Positions 44,276-58,545 of a stretch of DNA of 64,000 nucleotides are shown here, in pieces. The stretch is from assembly GCA_965240325.2 (NCBI GenBank), contig OZ251228.1:2542001-2606000 (forward strand), written 5' to 3'. Below the pieces are notes generated by a model, which saw nothing but the letters and a program-made list of their open reading frames with translations, did no database searches and was not told the DNA's origin. The DNA comes from Rebecca billardiae RCC1528 (Eukaryota > Protista > Haptophyta). The translations under genes and the position numbers were made by a program. The first letter of the stretch is position 1, and every line of letters begins with the position of its first letter.

Positions 44276-47149
44276 TCATGACATGGGCGCGGCCTTGTTC
44301 TTCTTCGGCCTGCTGACGCGGAACCCGCGCCACCGCTTAGACTTCTGCTTGTTCCCTCCCGCCTCGTGGTAGCCAGCCTCGCTCGGGGGCTCGGCCTTGT
44401 TCGCCAACTCCATGATGGTGTCCGGCTCTCGATCCCTGAGGCTCTTCTCGAGCGGAGCCGCCTGGGTCTTGCCCCATCGGCCAAAGTACCACCAGGCCCC
44501 GAACGAGAGCACGTTGAGGAAGAGGGCGAACCAGCCCATGGGGTGCACGACGTTGGCCGGCTGCAAACACGAGCAGGGCGCGGCACACGCAGGCAGGGCG
44601 CAGGGCGCGCGCGCGTTTGGAGGTGAGACGTGTATCGATGGCCATAGATCGCGCACTCGGCAGTCGCGCACACTGGAGCAGCACGTCGCGCGGCGCGGCG
44701 CGCGCACGTTGCCGCCGAGCTTCTCCTCGATCGTGTCGGTGATGTCGAACTCCTGGAAGCAGTGGTCGTCGAACATGCCGACGAGCAGCACCGAGAGCGA
44801 GGCGCACAGCCAGCCGAGGAAGAGCACGAGCTTCGGCGGGGAGTCGATGGGCTTGAGCATCTTCTCCTTCTCGTCCTTCTCGAGGAAGTAGACGGCCTTG
44901 TGCTTGGTGCCGTCAATGTCGGTGGTCGTCACATCCACGCGCGTAAACAGCTCTCTCCGCCAGTGCGTGGCGATCCCGTACACGATCGTTGCCATGGCCT
45001 CCTTCTCCTCGAGCTCGAGCACCTCCTCGTCCAGCTTCTCGTCCTCCAAGCCCTCCTGGCCGTCGGACGCGCCGGCACGCTTCTTGCCCGTCTCCTGATT
45101 GATGAAGTACATGGCCAGGCCGAGCGGCAGCATCGCCATCACCGACGCGAACAGCAGCAAGATGTTGGACCATTGCTGGCTCAGCGGCGGGTCGTCGCCC
45201 TCGAGGGCGCCCACAGTGCACTGCGGTGCGATGACGACAATCACGGGCAGCGTGCCGAGCAAGCTCTGGAGCACGTTGATCCGCAGGATGCCCGCGAGCA
45301 CCGACGTCGGCCAGTCCGGCCCGCCGACCAGGATGCTCACCTTGGGGATCGTCAGCCCCGGCTGCTGCAGGATGCGCTTGATGGCGCGCGTCTGCTCCGA
45401 GTTGACGCCCACCGCCTTGCGCACCGCGACGTGGCCGGCGAGGAAGCGGCCGATGCCCTCCTGCTGGATGAACACCGCGAGCAGCTTGAGCGAGAAGGAC
45501 GCGAAGATCGCGAGCCCGAGCGCCGGCCCGTACCCAAACGCGTGCCGCGCCGAGCTCGTGATCAAGAGACCGCCCGTCAGGTAGACTGGGATGCCCGGCA
45601 CGGGCGGCAGCATGAACATCAGCACGCCGACCACGACAAAGACGATCACGACGATGCCGAGGTTGACGCCGCGCAGCGCGACGATCAGCGCGGAGAGCAC
45701 GAGCATCGTCGCCTTGCCGATGCCCACGTTCACGGTCAGGAACGCCAGCGAGATGACGATCGCCTTGGAGAGGATCGACGACCAGTTCTTGCCGTCGTGC
45801 GGCTGCGGCTCTGTTGGCTGCTGCTGGCCCTTGTCAAGCGGCTGCCGCGCCTCCTCGCGCACGCCAAAGAGGGTGACGAGCCTCTCGGCCAGCCACGGAC
45901 TCGCCCACGGGTACGACTCCCGCGCCTCGGTCGCCTCCCTCACCTTGGATTCGCCGGCGTTCAGCTCGACCTCGTCCGGCGGCGCGAAGCAGCTGAGTCC
46001 AGAGCGGTGCACCTTGGTGCGCACCCAGTCGGCCGCAACGTATGCTGCGAAGAGGTACGGCATCGGCGTGAAGCAGATGAAGCCCCAGATCCACGCGCCC
46101 CTCTCGCTCTCGAGCTGCTTCTTCAGCGTCGTCTTCAGGTTCTTATACTTCTCCAGCTGCTTCTCCTCCAGCGTGCTCAGCCCGCGCCCGTCGCCCTTCT
46201 CCTTGACAGTGCTGTCGGACTGCTTGCCCTCGGAGAGGTCCTTGTGCTGCCGCTCGAGCTTCTTCGTGTAGAAGACGGCCACCAGGAAGATGCCGGCGAA
46301 GCCGGCGAAGGCGAACATGGTGACGACCTTGGACAGGTGCACGTTGGCGGCGGCGACCTCCGCCGCCACCCACACGAGCGCGGAGATGAGGCCGATCATC
46401 GCGACGAACATGAAGGCAGCCTTCTCCTTCTTGCTTTCGTCCATCTCCTTACCCACGTCGACGAGCGCGACGATGAAGAAGGCGTAGACGAGGTGCACGA
46501 GCGCGGCGAGGAAGGCGAACGACCACATGAGGTACGGCCGGAGGCACGTCGCATGGCCCTCGTCGCACTCGAGCAACTCCCACATCGAGCTCGTTTGTTC
46601 GATCTCTGTGTCCGCCACCACATCCGGGCCATTGTAGATGCAGCCTGCGAGGAAGAGCAGCGCGGCGATGGCCAAGGACGTCTTCCACGCGATCTGGAAG
46701 TCCTCGACCGCGGTGTTGTTGCGTTCGTCCGCGCCATCTGGCGACTTGCGCCATTCGGTGACGACGAGATCGAGGCTGTATGCCCAGACCGGCAGCAGCA
46801 CCGTGAAGACGCCGAGGGGTGCTGACGGCATGTCACGCTGCATGAGGCCCGTCGTCACGAGCGCGCACACGGTGAAGACGAGCAGGAGTACGACCTTGAT
46901 CGGCGTCGGCGCGCGGTCGGCGCGGATGAACCACGCGAGCAGCGCCACGAACACCGCGCCCGCTGCCGCCATCTCGGCCATCGCCAGGTTGGTCACGATC
47001 AGGTGGTAGAACTCGACCCCGTAGCCCATGGAGGAGTAGAGCAGCATGAACACCACCGCGGGGATGCTCCCCCACGCGACGAAGCCCACCCAGTGTAGCG
47101 CACTCCGCGCATCAGGAGTCTTCGCACCCGAGGCGGCCGTCGAGGCCAT
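44276..47149 (-). CDS. Multi-pass membrane protein with DedA/VTT (TVP38/TMEM64-like) domain, paralog A; intron 44561-44707
   Basis: More than 12 hydrophobic helices; MFMLPPVPGIPVYLTGG and KVSILVGGPDWPTSVLAGILR. The start may lie upstream, up to 47389. Confidence 0.8.
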   Translation of the reverse strand: MASTAASGAKTPDARSALHWVGFVAWGSIPAVVFMLLYSSMGYGVEFYHLIVTNLAMAEMAAAGAVFVALLAWFIRADRAPTPIKVVLLLVFTVCALVTTGLMQRDMPSAPLGVFTVLLPVWAYSLDLVVTEWRKSPDGADERNNTAVEDFQIAWKTSLAIAALLFLAGCIYNGPDVVADTEIEQTSSMWELLECDEGHATCLRPYLMWSFAFLAALVHLVYAFFIVALVDVGKEMDESKKEKAAFMFVAMIGLISALVWVAAEVAAANVHLSKVVTMFAFAGFAGIFLVAVFYTKKLERQHKDLSEGKQSDSTVKEKGDGRGLSTLEEKQLEKYKNLKTTLKKQLESERGAWIWGFICFTPMPYLFAAYVAADWVRTKVHRSGLSCFAPPDEVELNAGESKVREATEARESYPWASPWLAERLVTLFGVREEARQPLDKGQQQPTEPQPHDGKNWSSILSKAIVISLAFLTVNVGIGKATMLVLSALIVALRGVNLGIVVIVFVVVGVLMFMLPPVPGIPVYLTGGLLITSSARHAFGYGPALGLAIFASFSLKLLAVFIQQEGIGRFLAGHVAVRKAVGVNSEQTRAIKRILQQPGLTIPKVSILVGGPDWPTSVLAGILRINVLQSLLGTLPVIVVIAPQCTVGALEGDDPPLSQQWSNILLLFASVMAMLPLGLAMYFINQETGKKRAGASDGQEGLEDEKLDEEVLELEEKEAMATIVYGIATHWRRELFTRVDVTTTDIDGTKHKAVYFLEKDEKEKMLKPIDSPPKLVLFLGWLCASLSVLLVGMFDDHCFQEFDITDTIEEKLGGNVRAPRRATCCSSVRDCRVRDLWPSIHVSPPNARAPCALPACAAPCSCLQPANVVHPMGWFALFLNVLSFGAWWYFGRWGKTQAAPLEKSLRDREPDTIMELANKAEPPSEAGYHEAGGNKQKSKRWRGFRVSRPKKNKAAPMS

Positions 47150-47595
47150 TGTCCCCAACAGCGGCGGCGCCGGTGGCAGTGGCGCACTGGCGCCCCGCCT
47201 TCGGCTCGCAAAGCTGGTCGCGTCACCCGGTTCATCACCGAAAAGTCCGGACGACGAGCTGCGCGAAACGATGGCCTTGAGATTCGCGCGGCGGTGGTTT
47301 TTACTTATTTTTAGTCTCAGAGACTCATTAGCTGAAGGCGCGGCGCGGCTTTGCATTGACAATTGTCGTGATGACATGACGATTGTCATTGTCGTCTCTT
47401 GTCGCGCGGCGACGCGCGCGCGCCGTGACTGAGAGTTGAGGTTGTCAGATTGGGACTATCCCAAGTCGTACTGTTACCATCCCATCCTAATTCCTATCTA
47501 AGTGTCATGCTGAGAAGCAACGACCAAGTCAGCAGCAGCATTATATGGCTTATTAATAATGCTCTAAGTTCTCAATAAGTATAGTCCGCCTCTGA

Positions 47596-50538
47596 TCAGT
47601 ACATCTGAGGCTGAGGTCGATGGCCTGCTGCCGCTGGTTGAGCGCTCCCCCGTCCAGCAGAGGCTCCCGTCGCACCCGGAGTCAGCGTCGTCGAGCGCCA
47701 CGCAACGCAGCAGTCGGTCGATGGCTCGGGCTGCGGCGCCCCAGCCTGCGCAGACTTCGAGACGGCTGCACCTGCTCCGCCGTCGGCACCGACCGCGCCG
47801 GCTGGCTGGACCCCGCTCTTCTCCAGGCGGCTCACCTGGGCCTTGCCCCACCGGCCAAAGGACCACCACGCCACGAGCGAGAGCACGTTGAGGCCGAGGG
47901 CGATCCAGCCCATCGGGTGCACGACGTTGGCCGGCTGCGCCGCGCGCGGGGACAGGTGTGTCGGAGTGTCCGATCAGCGCGGGTGTGGGGTACGCGCGCC
48001 CGCGCGCACGCAGGGCCAGGCGGCGCGCGGCGCGGGTGTGCGCGCGCGCACGTTGCCACCCAGCTTCTCCTCGATCGAGTCGGTGATGTCGAACTCCTGG
48101 AAGCAGTGGTCGTCGAACATGCCGACGAGCAGCACCGAGAGCGAGGCACACAGCCAGCCGAAGATGAGCACGAGCTTCGAGCTGAGCGGCATCGGAGGCA
48201 GCTTCTCCTCCAGCGCGATCTCGCGCGGCTGACCGTCTTGCGGGCTCATGCCGCTGGGTACCGGCTCGGTGATGTGCGTGAACAGCTCGCGCCGCCAGTG
48301 CGTCCCCACTCGGTAGAGGGCCTTGGACATGGCCTCGGCCTTCTCGCTGCTGAGCACCTCCATGTCGAGCGGCTCCGGCTCCACGTGCTCGGCCGCGTGC
48401 GCGCCGCCGGCCGCCGCCCCCGCCGCCGAGGGCGTCGCCCCCCTGCGGATCTCGGCGTTGATGAAGTACATGGCCGCGCCGAGCGGCAGCATCGCCATCA
48501 CCGACGCAAAGAGCAGGAAGAGATTGGACACCTGCTGGCTCACCGGCGGGTCGTCGCCCTCGAAGGCGCCGACCGCGCACTGCGGCGCGATGATGATGAT
48601 CACGGGCAGCGTGCCGAGCAGGCACTGCCACACGTTGATCCGCAGGATGCCCGCGAGCACCGACGTGGGCCAGTCCGGCCCGCCGACCAGGATGCTCACC
48701 TTGGGGATCGTCAGCCCCGGCTGCTGCAGGATGCGCTTGATGGCGCGCGTCTGCTCCGAGTTGACGCCCACCGCCTTGCGCACCGCGACGTGGCCGGCGA
48801 GGAAGCGGCCGATGCCCTCCTGCTGGATGAACACCGCGAGCAGCTTGAGCGAGAAGGACGCGACGATCGCGAGCCCGAGCGCCGGCCCGTACCCAAACAC
48901 GTGCCGCGCCGAGCTCGTGATCACGAGGCCGCCCGTCAGGTAGACTGGGATGCCCGGCACGGGCGGCAGCATGAACATCAGCACGCCGACCGCGACAAAG
49001 ACGATCACGACGATGCCGAGGTTGACGCCGCGCAGCGCGGCGATCAGCGCAGAGAGCACGAGCATCGTCGCCTTGCCGATGCCCACGTTCACGAGCAGGA
49101 ACGCCAGCGAGATGACGATCGCCTTGGAGAGGATCGACGACCAGTTGAGCCCGTCCTCGTGCTGAGGCCCGTGCTGAGGCGCGTGCTGAGGCGCGCTCGG
49201 CGCGCCCTCCCGCGCCCCCTCGGGATCTGCCGCGCCGGCGCGCTGCCGCACCGCGTGCGGCACGCCGAAGAGGACGGCGAGCTTGCCCGCCAGCCACGGA
49301 CTCGCCCAGGGATACGCCATCCGCTCCGCCCTGAGCCGCTGCGCCCCGTGCTTGTCGTCCTCGTCCTCGTCCTCAAGCAGCTCGACCGGCTGGGCGTGCG
49401 TGCGGCGCGCGCAGCTGCAGGAGCGGTGCACCTTGGTGCGCACCCAGTCGGCCGCGACGTACACGGCGAAGAGCCAGGGCATCGGCGTGAAGCAGATGAA
49501 GCCCCAGATCCACGCGCCCGTCTCGGTCTGCCGCGACTTGCGCTCCCACTCTTTGAGGTCCTCCAGCTGCTCCCTCCGCTGCTCCCAACTGCCGCGACGC
49601 GACGCCTCGTCCTGCGACGAGCGCTCAAACCCGCTCAGCCTGCGCGCGTACATGGCGAAGACGATGAAGATGCCGGCGGAGAGCGCGAGCGCGAACATGC
49701 TGATCACCTTGGCCAGGTGCACGTTCGCCGCCGCCACCTCCGCGCCCACCCACACCAGCCCGGCGCTCAGGCCGATCAGCACGAGCATCATGGCCGCCGT
49801 GTTGCTGCGGTCCGTGGCGCCGGCGAGCGCGGAGACGAAGATGTAGTAGACGAGGTGCACGACGGCGAGGAGGACGGGGAACGCCCACATGATGTACGGC
49901 CGGCCGCACGGCACGCCGCCCGGCTGGCACTCGAGCACCGGCCGCATCGCCTTCATCACGCCGGCCGCGTCGTTGTGCGCGACCGTCGGGAGGTTGTACG
50001 CGCAGCTCGCGCCCAGGAGCAGCGCGGACACGGCGAGCGAGATCTTCGCCGCGAGGTGGAAGAACTCGTCGTCGCGGAGGAGCCGGGCCTCGCCCTCGCC
50101 GCCGCCCTTCTTCGCCCGCGCCTCGACGACCCCGTACAGGCAGGACGCCCAGACGGGCAGCAGCACAGCGTAGATGCCGAGAGGCGCCGCCGGCATCTGG
50201 CGCTGCGCGAGGCCCGTCGCGACGAGGGCGCACGCGGTGAAGGGCAGCAGGAGGATGACCTGGATGAAGACGGGCGCGCGCTCGGCGCCGATGAACCACG
50301 CGACGACCGCCACCAGCGGCGCGCCGAGCGCCACGGCCTGGCTCGTCAGCAGGTGCGAGCTCAGCGCGTGGTAGATCTCGAGGCCGTAGCCCAAGGAGGA
50401 GAAGAGCAGCACGAACACCACCGCCGGGATGCAGCCCCAGATCAGGAGTACCGCCAGCTTCGCCACGCCGTAGAGCATGCGCTTCGGGGAGGCCTTGCTC
50501 GCCTCATCTTGCATCGTCCCCCTCTCCCCCGCTGCCAT
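47596..50538 (-). CDS. Tandem paralog B of the same membrane protein; intron 47935-48051
   Basis: Colinear with paralog A, with the intron at the identical position (GGN|PANVVHPMG). Confidence 0.8.
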
Positions 50539-50961
50539 GACAATGAGGGTTCCTGATCAAGATCTGGAGTCGCGCGTAGCAGCTCTCGATCGATCTCAGA
50601 TCGAGTAAGGGCCGCCTCTCGAGCTCCCGAGCTCCAGAGCTACAGAGCGTGCGGCCGTGCGTGCGCGTGACCGAGAGCTCTCCTTTCAGGCACTCGTCGC
50701 CGCCGCCGGATGACGACGATCGACGTATGATGACGATGCTCACCAAGTCAGTCATCGATTGGGAAAATAGGTGGATGCCCACACCAATCTCTATTGGAGG
50801 CCTTACCCACCTGAAGCATCGGACCCTCGAATCGGCGCGTCGTCAGCTCGCTGGCCACTTTCTCAGACCTGTTCAGACTGCTGTGGATCTTGAACCGGCT
50901 CTGGTTGGTGCTTCCGCTCGCTACGCTACGTACGAGCAGGGAGATTCGACCGGGGGGGGTC

Positions 50962-53900
50962 ATGTCGCATTTGTACACAGCGGGGCTCGCCGCGCTGCTG
51001 TGGCTGCCCGGCGAGGTGGGCGCGCTGCGGTTTGCGAATGCGCCCTACTCGCGCGTTGAGCCCTCCGCGCTCGGCCTGGTCGGCGTCGAGCGCAGCGGCG
51101 TGAGCGCGCCGCTGAGCGAGCGCTGGGCCACGGGCAAGCGCGCGCACCCGACCAACGCGTGGTGGCTGAGCCTGGCGCTGACGGACACCCCGGGCGACTC
51201 CGAGGCGAACGCGTTCGTGATGCCGTACGTCGTGTGGGCCGCGGCCGGCGGCATCTGCGCCGCGATGCCCTTCGTGATGAGCCCGGACATGATGCAGGTC
51301 GAGAACGGCTTCGACCCGACCGTGCTGCATGTCTTCCTCGGCGCGGCGGAGAAGAAGGCGCTGGGCGGGCACGAGGTGGTGGACCACGACGAGATGGTGG
51401 TCACGCTCGGCTGGCGCCCTTCCCCGCCCGCCGACCCGCCGCCCGTCGGCGTCGGCGGCTCGGCGCACACGCTCACCACGCCGATCGCGCGGGGCTCGCC
51501 GTTCATCACGGCCGAGTACGCGGGCACCACGCCGCTCTTCGAGTCGCCGCAGGTGCTGGACCCGCAGATGGGGCTCATGGTCGACGGGCTGCGCACCACG
51601 TGCAACCGCCCGCTCAGCGGCTCCACCTTCGAGCTCGTCTTCGTGCAGTCCGACGAGACGTGCGCGCCGCAGCGCGCGAGCGCGCGCGCGCGCGAGCCGC
51701 CGCCGCGCGCCGCGCTCACACCGCGCCCGCGTCGTGCGCGCGCGCCGGCGGCGTGCGGCGCAGGTGGGTGATCTACACCGAGTACCCGATCACCTTCAAC
51801 TGCACCGGCGCGTCGATGCGCGGCGGCGGCTCGGGCGCGACCACGATGCGCGCGAGCGCGCCGTACTGGGGCGCTGTGCGCGCGGCGATGGTCAACAACT
51901 GCACGTTCGGCCGCTCGGCGTTCCAGTGCGGCGGGCCGCCGCCGCAGGAGCCGGCGCCGCCCTACTTCCGCCGCGCGATTGACGAGCACGCCGGCACGTA
52001 CCCCATCGCCTCGACCGTGCACCTGAAGCGCGCGGACGCGGGCGGAGCGGACGCGGGCGGCGCGCCGGGCGCGGGCGGCGCGCCGGGCGCGGGCGGCGCG
52101 CCGGGCGCGGCCGGGCACGTGTGGGAGGGCGAGATGGCGTCGGGCGACGTGGTGGTGACGTGGCACACGCGCTCGTTCGGCGACTCGTCCCGCCCGCGCG
52201 AGCCGCCGCCCTCCGCCCCGCGCGCCGCGGCGGGCGGCCCGCTGGCCGCAGGCTGGTCGCGCGCGCGCGCCGCGTTTGCGCGCGCGGTCGGCGGCGCGGA
52301 CGACGACACGGCTTGGAGCTGGTCGCCGTTCGAGGCGCCGCCGGCGCGCGCCCGGCGCACGCCGCTGCTGCTCGGCGTGCTCCCGCACCACGCGCGCCTC
52401 GCCGGCCGCGCCGCCGCGCCGCCGCGAGCGCCGCACTCCGCCGCGGGCGCCGCGCCGCGCGACGACGGCGGCGGGCGCGGCATCCTTGTCCCGGGCGTGT
52501 ACGTGCGATCGATCCTCGGGCCGATGCGGCTGGTCTCGCTGCCGAACGAGTACCTGCCGCCCGAGCGCGACGAGCCGCCCGAGCGCGACGAGCCGGCCGC
52601 ACCGGGCGCGGAGGGCGGCGCTGCGGAGGGCGGCGCTGCGGAGGGGCAGGACCCTTTGCTGCAGCGCTCGAGCGCGCGGTGCGTGTGGGCTTTGTCGTAC
52701 GCGCTGCCGCCGCCGCTGTGGGCGCCGCCGCGCGAGCCGGCAGCCGAGCTGCTCCCGCGGCTGCGCGCCGCCCTCGAGCACGAGGCCGCCAGCTTCGCCC
52801 TGCCCCGCAACTACGAGAGCGGCGCGGGCGACCCGTACAACGCGGGCAAGCTCTTCTCGCGGATGGCGAGCACCGCGCTCGCGGCCGAGCACGTCGGGCT
52901 GAACGGCACGGGCGCGGCGCTGGCGCGGCGGATCCAGGCGCCGCTCGAGGCGTGGCTGGTCGGCGCGTCGGACAACGCGCTGCTCTACGACCGCTCGTGG
53001 GGCGGCGTCGTCTCGTGCGGCTGCGCGTACGACAACTGCGAGGGCAAGTGCAAACCGCACTGCAGGAACGCGGGCGCGGCCGCGCTGCGCGCGCACGGCG
53101 GCGGCGGCGGCGCGCAGGCGGGCAGCGCGCTCGCGCTCGCGGCCGAGGGCGGGCGCGCGCGCGCGGGGAGCAAGGGCGGCGCCGCCCACGCGCCCGCGCC
53201 GCACCTCGGCGGCGGCGCGCACAACAGCACGCCCGCCTCGGCGCCGCACCGCGCGCGCCGCAACGCGACGCTCGCGCGGCGCGCGGGCACCAACCGCACC
53301 GCGCACCGCAGAGCAGCCAACGGCACGGAGGCGGAGGAGGAGGAGGAGGAGGAGTACAGGGAGCCGCCGGCGGGCGCGCAGGAGCGCACGGACTTCATCG
53401 CGTGCCCCTCGCTCGACGACGTGGGGATGGACTTTGGCAACGCCTTCTACAACGACCACCGTGCGCGCACGCGCAGCGCGCACGCGCCGCAGCGCCGCAC
53501 ACCACCGAGCTCGCAGCGCCCAACGCGCTGTGTGCGACTGCGCTGCTGCATGCGGCGCTGCGTGCACGCGCACGCGCCGCGCCGAGTGCGGCGCGCGCTC
53601 GGCGCGCGGGCCTGAGCCGCCCTCTTCCTCCGCGTGTGCCGTGTGTGCCGTGTGTGCGCCGTGTGTGCCGCACCTGCCGTGTGTGTGCGCCGCGTGCGTC
53701 TTTCAGACTTCCACTACGGCTACCTGCTGTACGCGACGGCGGTGGCGGCGCACTTTGACCCGGAGTGGGGGCAGCGCGTCTCCGAGCACGCGCTGCTGCT
53801 CGCGCGAGACATCGCCAACCCCTCCGACCTGGACGGCGCCTTCCCGCAGTGGCGGCACAAGGCACGCTGCGCGCGCGCGCGCCGCTGCGGCTGGCCGCGC

Positions 53901-56084
53901 GCGCATGCCCGCGCATGCACGCGCGCCGTGCTCACCGCTGCTGCCGCTGCTGCTGCTGCTGCCGCTGCTGCCGCTGCTGCCGCTGCTGCCGCTGCTGCCG
54001 CTGCTGCCGCTGCTGCCGCTGCTGCCGCTGCTGCTGCGCAGGACTGGTACACGGGCTTCAGCTGGGCGTCGGGCATCGCGCTGGCGCAGGGCAAGCCGTA
54101 CCGCAACGGGCGCAACCAGGAGTCGGTGTCCGAGGCCGTGAACGCCTACTACGCGCTGCAGCTGCTCGGTGCGCTGCAGCGCGCGTGCGCCCCGTGCCGC
54201 GGCCGGCGGCGGCGCGCACGCGGTCGCGGCTGGCGCGCGCGCAGCGCGCCTCGCGGCGCGGCGGTGCGCAGTCGGCGCGCTGCGCGCTCAGCGCCCCCCG
54301 CGCCCCCGCGCGCGCTGCCCGGCGCGGCCGCAGGCGACGCGCTCGGCCACGAGAGCCTCGCGCTCAGCGGCTCCGTCGCCCTCGCGGCCGAGCTGCTGGG
54401 CGCGCACACGTACTGGCAGCTGGGTAACGGCACAGGGCCGCCGTCGGACGCGCCGGAGTGGGAGCCGATCTGGCCCGCGCAGTTCGAGCGGCGCGGCGTG
54501 GTGGGCATCCTGTGGCAGCACCTCTGCCTCTTCCAGACGTGGTTTGGCGGCGAGGGCTACCAGGTGCACGGCATCCAACTGCTGCCCTTCACCCCGGTCT
54601 CCGAGCTGCTCGTACGGCCCGAGTGGGCGCGCGCGGTGCACGGGTACGCACGCCACTCGTGCGCGGCGAGCGAGGCGTGCGTGCGCGAGGGCTGGGCGGC
54701 GCTGCTCACGCTGCAGCGCGCGACGTTCGACGCGGCGGGCGCGTGGGACGAGCTCACGGCTCTGCCCAACGCAACCTTCAGCTCGGACGCGCCCGCGGGC
54801 AACGGCATGTCCCGGGCGGCCGCGCTGTACTGGGTGGCGACGCGGCCGCAGCTCGCGAGCGTGGCCGAGGGCGGGCGGCAGCGGGCCGCGCTGCAGATGC
54901 CCGCGGCGGCCGTGCCGCAGCGGCCGGAGGCGGGGTCGGCGGAGGAGGGCGCGCGCGGCGTGGTCCGCGTCGAGCTCCCGCCGCCCGCGTTCAAGCCGCC
55001 CAGCCCGCCGCCGCCGCCGCTGCCGCCGCCGCCGCCGAGCCCGCCGCCGCCGAGCCCGCCGCCGTACCCGCCGCCGAGCCCTCTGCCGCCGTCGCCGCCG
55101 CCGTACCCGCCGTCGTCGCCGCCGCCGCCGCTGCCGCCCAGCCCGCCCTCGCCGCCCTCGCCCAAGCCGCCGTTCATCGGCCTGGCCGCCGCGCGCGCGC
55201 TGTCCGTGCTGTGCGCGCTCGCGCTCGGCGCGTGCGCGTGCACGATCGTGCTGCGCTCGGTGTGCGCGCGGCTGGCCGCGCTCGACAAGCTGGCGGGCTC
55301 GCCGCCGGCCGGGATGAAGCGGTTCGGCTCCGGCCTCTCGCGCGGCAGCGAGGGCTCGTGGCCCGCGCCGGACGACGACGCGCTCGGGCCGAAGGCCGCG
55401 CTGCTGCACAAGTGCAACGGCGGCGCCGCCGAGGCGGGCGCGGCGGCGGGCGCCGACGGCACCGCGGTGGCGGTGGCGGCGGTGAGCGCGGCGCTCGCGA
55501 GCGCGGCCGAGTCGGCGGGCGTCCGGCGGGCGGAGGGCCAGCTCGAGGTGTCGACCCCGCAGCTCTCCGAGTCGTCGCGCTCGATCTCCGAGGCGGAGCC
55601 CGCGTCGCCCCCGGCGCAGCAGCGCGGGCGCGGGCGCAGCTCGCTCCGGGTGAGCCAACGGCCGCGGATGAGCGGCGCGGCGCCCGGCGGCCGCATGCTG
55701 CGCCGGGGCACGTCGCTGCCCAGCCTGGCGGGGGCCAACGAGCGGCCGGCGCAGCAGCGGCCGCTGACGCCGGGGGAGATGGCGTCGTCGCAGTGGCAGT
55801 GGCTCCGCTCGCAGATGCCGCAGATGCCGCAGCTGCCGCAACTACCGAGCCTGCCCGCGGCGATGGGCGGCAGCAGCCGCTCGGCCTCACCGCCCGTCAG
55901 GCGGCAGTCGGCAGACGCGGGCGTGCAGGTGGGCCGCCAAATCACGCCGGCGCTGCTGAGGGCGACGTCGATGGGCGTGGAGGGCCGGCGCGTCGAGGGG
56001 GCCGAGGGCAGCGGGCTCCTCCTCGGACCCGTCGCCGGGGGCGACGGCGACGCGCGGCGCGGCCCGCGCCCGCCGCCACAGTAG
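50962..56084 (+). CDS. GH81 endo-1,3-beta-glucanase with signal peptide, Pro-rich stalk, TM helix and cytoplasmic tail; introns 51660-51763, 53461-53706, 53862-54041 (GC-AG), 54169-54333
   Basis: HPTNAWW, RGSPFITAEY, DPYNAGK, LLYDRSWGGVVS, DFGNAFYNDHHFHYGY, FPQWRHKDWYTGFSWASGI, NQESVSEAVNAYY, HGIQLLPFTP. Confidence 0.92.
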
Positions 56085-56293
56085 TGAGTCATCAGTCGTC
56101 GCATCAGTCGCATCCGACTGGTACAAGTAGTCGTCAAGTACCCCATCATAGTAGCATTGGTACGGTATATATATATATCTGCTATTGGTAAGTCAAGCAG
56201 GTCAGAGATCCGTGCATCAGTCCGGCCCCGGACTCCGGAGGCCGGACGTAGGTCACACCGGACTACCCGGCGCCCGCGAGTAAGTCTTTATAT

Positions 56294-57643
<1,350 letters not shown>

Positions 57644-58545
57644 GCGCGCTATATAATATATATATATATATTATATATTCTGGATGAACTGACCCAACTG
57701 CACGACAAAGCGCGGAGCGACTGCCGTCTGGGGACCAGCCCTTGCAGCCCGCCTTTATTGGATGATGATCGCGATATGATGATGATGATATGATGATGAT
57801 GATGATGAGGCGGGAAAAAATCGTGCGTGGCGGATACATAGCCATATAGGCCCAAATGCCTACCCGCCCATGCGAAAGTCGCTCGCTGGTCGAAGAGATC
57901 GACCGCATCAATACGCGCTCGCAGGGTAGGGCTGGAGGCTTCGGCCGCCAGCCTGATCACCCGGAGCCCGTTATAAAGGGGAATTTAAAATGCCGTGTGC
58001 GGATAGTGCAAGTACCCGCTCTGATTATCGCGATCGTTTGCAGCTTTGCGAACAGTGTGGGGGCCGGTATCTACCGGTTCGCTCGACGCGCGCGTTCGCT
58101 CGATCGCACCCACGGCACGGGCGCAAAGACTCGGCAAAGAGCGCGATCGCAACCTGGAAGCGCAGCAGCACACCGGCCGAGCTCGAGGCGTATTGCCGCG
58201 CCAACAGCGAGCGTGAGCGTGCGTGACACCGCGGCAGGATGCCCGAAAAGCACTCGCGCAAGGACGGCTCGTGACCGTCGCGCCCGCGCGGCGCGCAACA
58301 CCGCCGAACGCCTTGCCTTCACTAGTGCACGGATGACCAGCACGCGACGCTTGTCGCGCGCGAGACGGATCGAAATCGGGCTGCGCACGCGCCTCACGTC
58401 CGACGTCCAAAGCATGCGCCACCTTGGCGAGAAGAGCGCAAGGCCGCGCTGCACAACCGATTCATTCACTGTTAACTGACACGCGGGCAGAATGGCCGCC
58501 ACCACAAACCATGCTGTCGTGATTTGCCCTCATGTGTCCCTTGTC

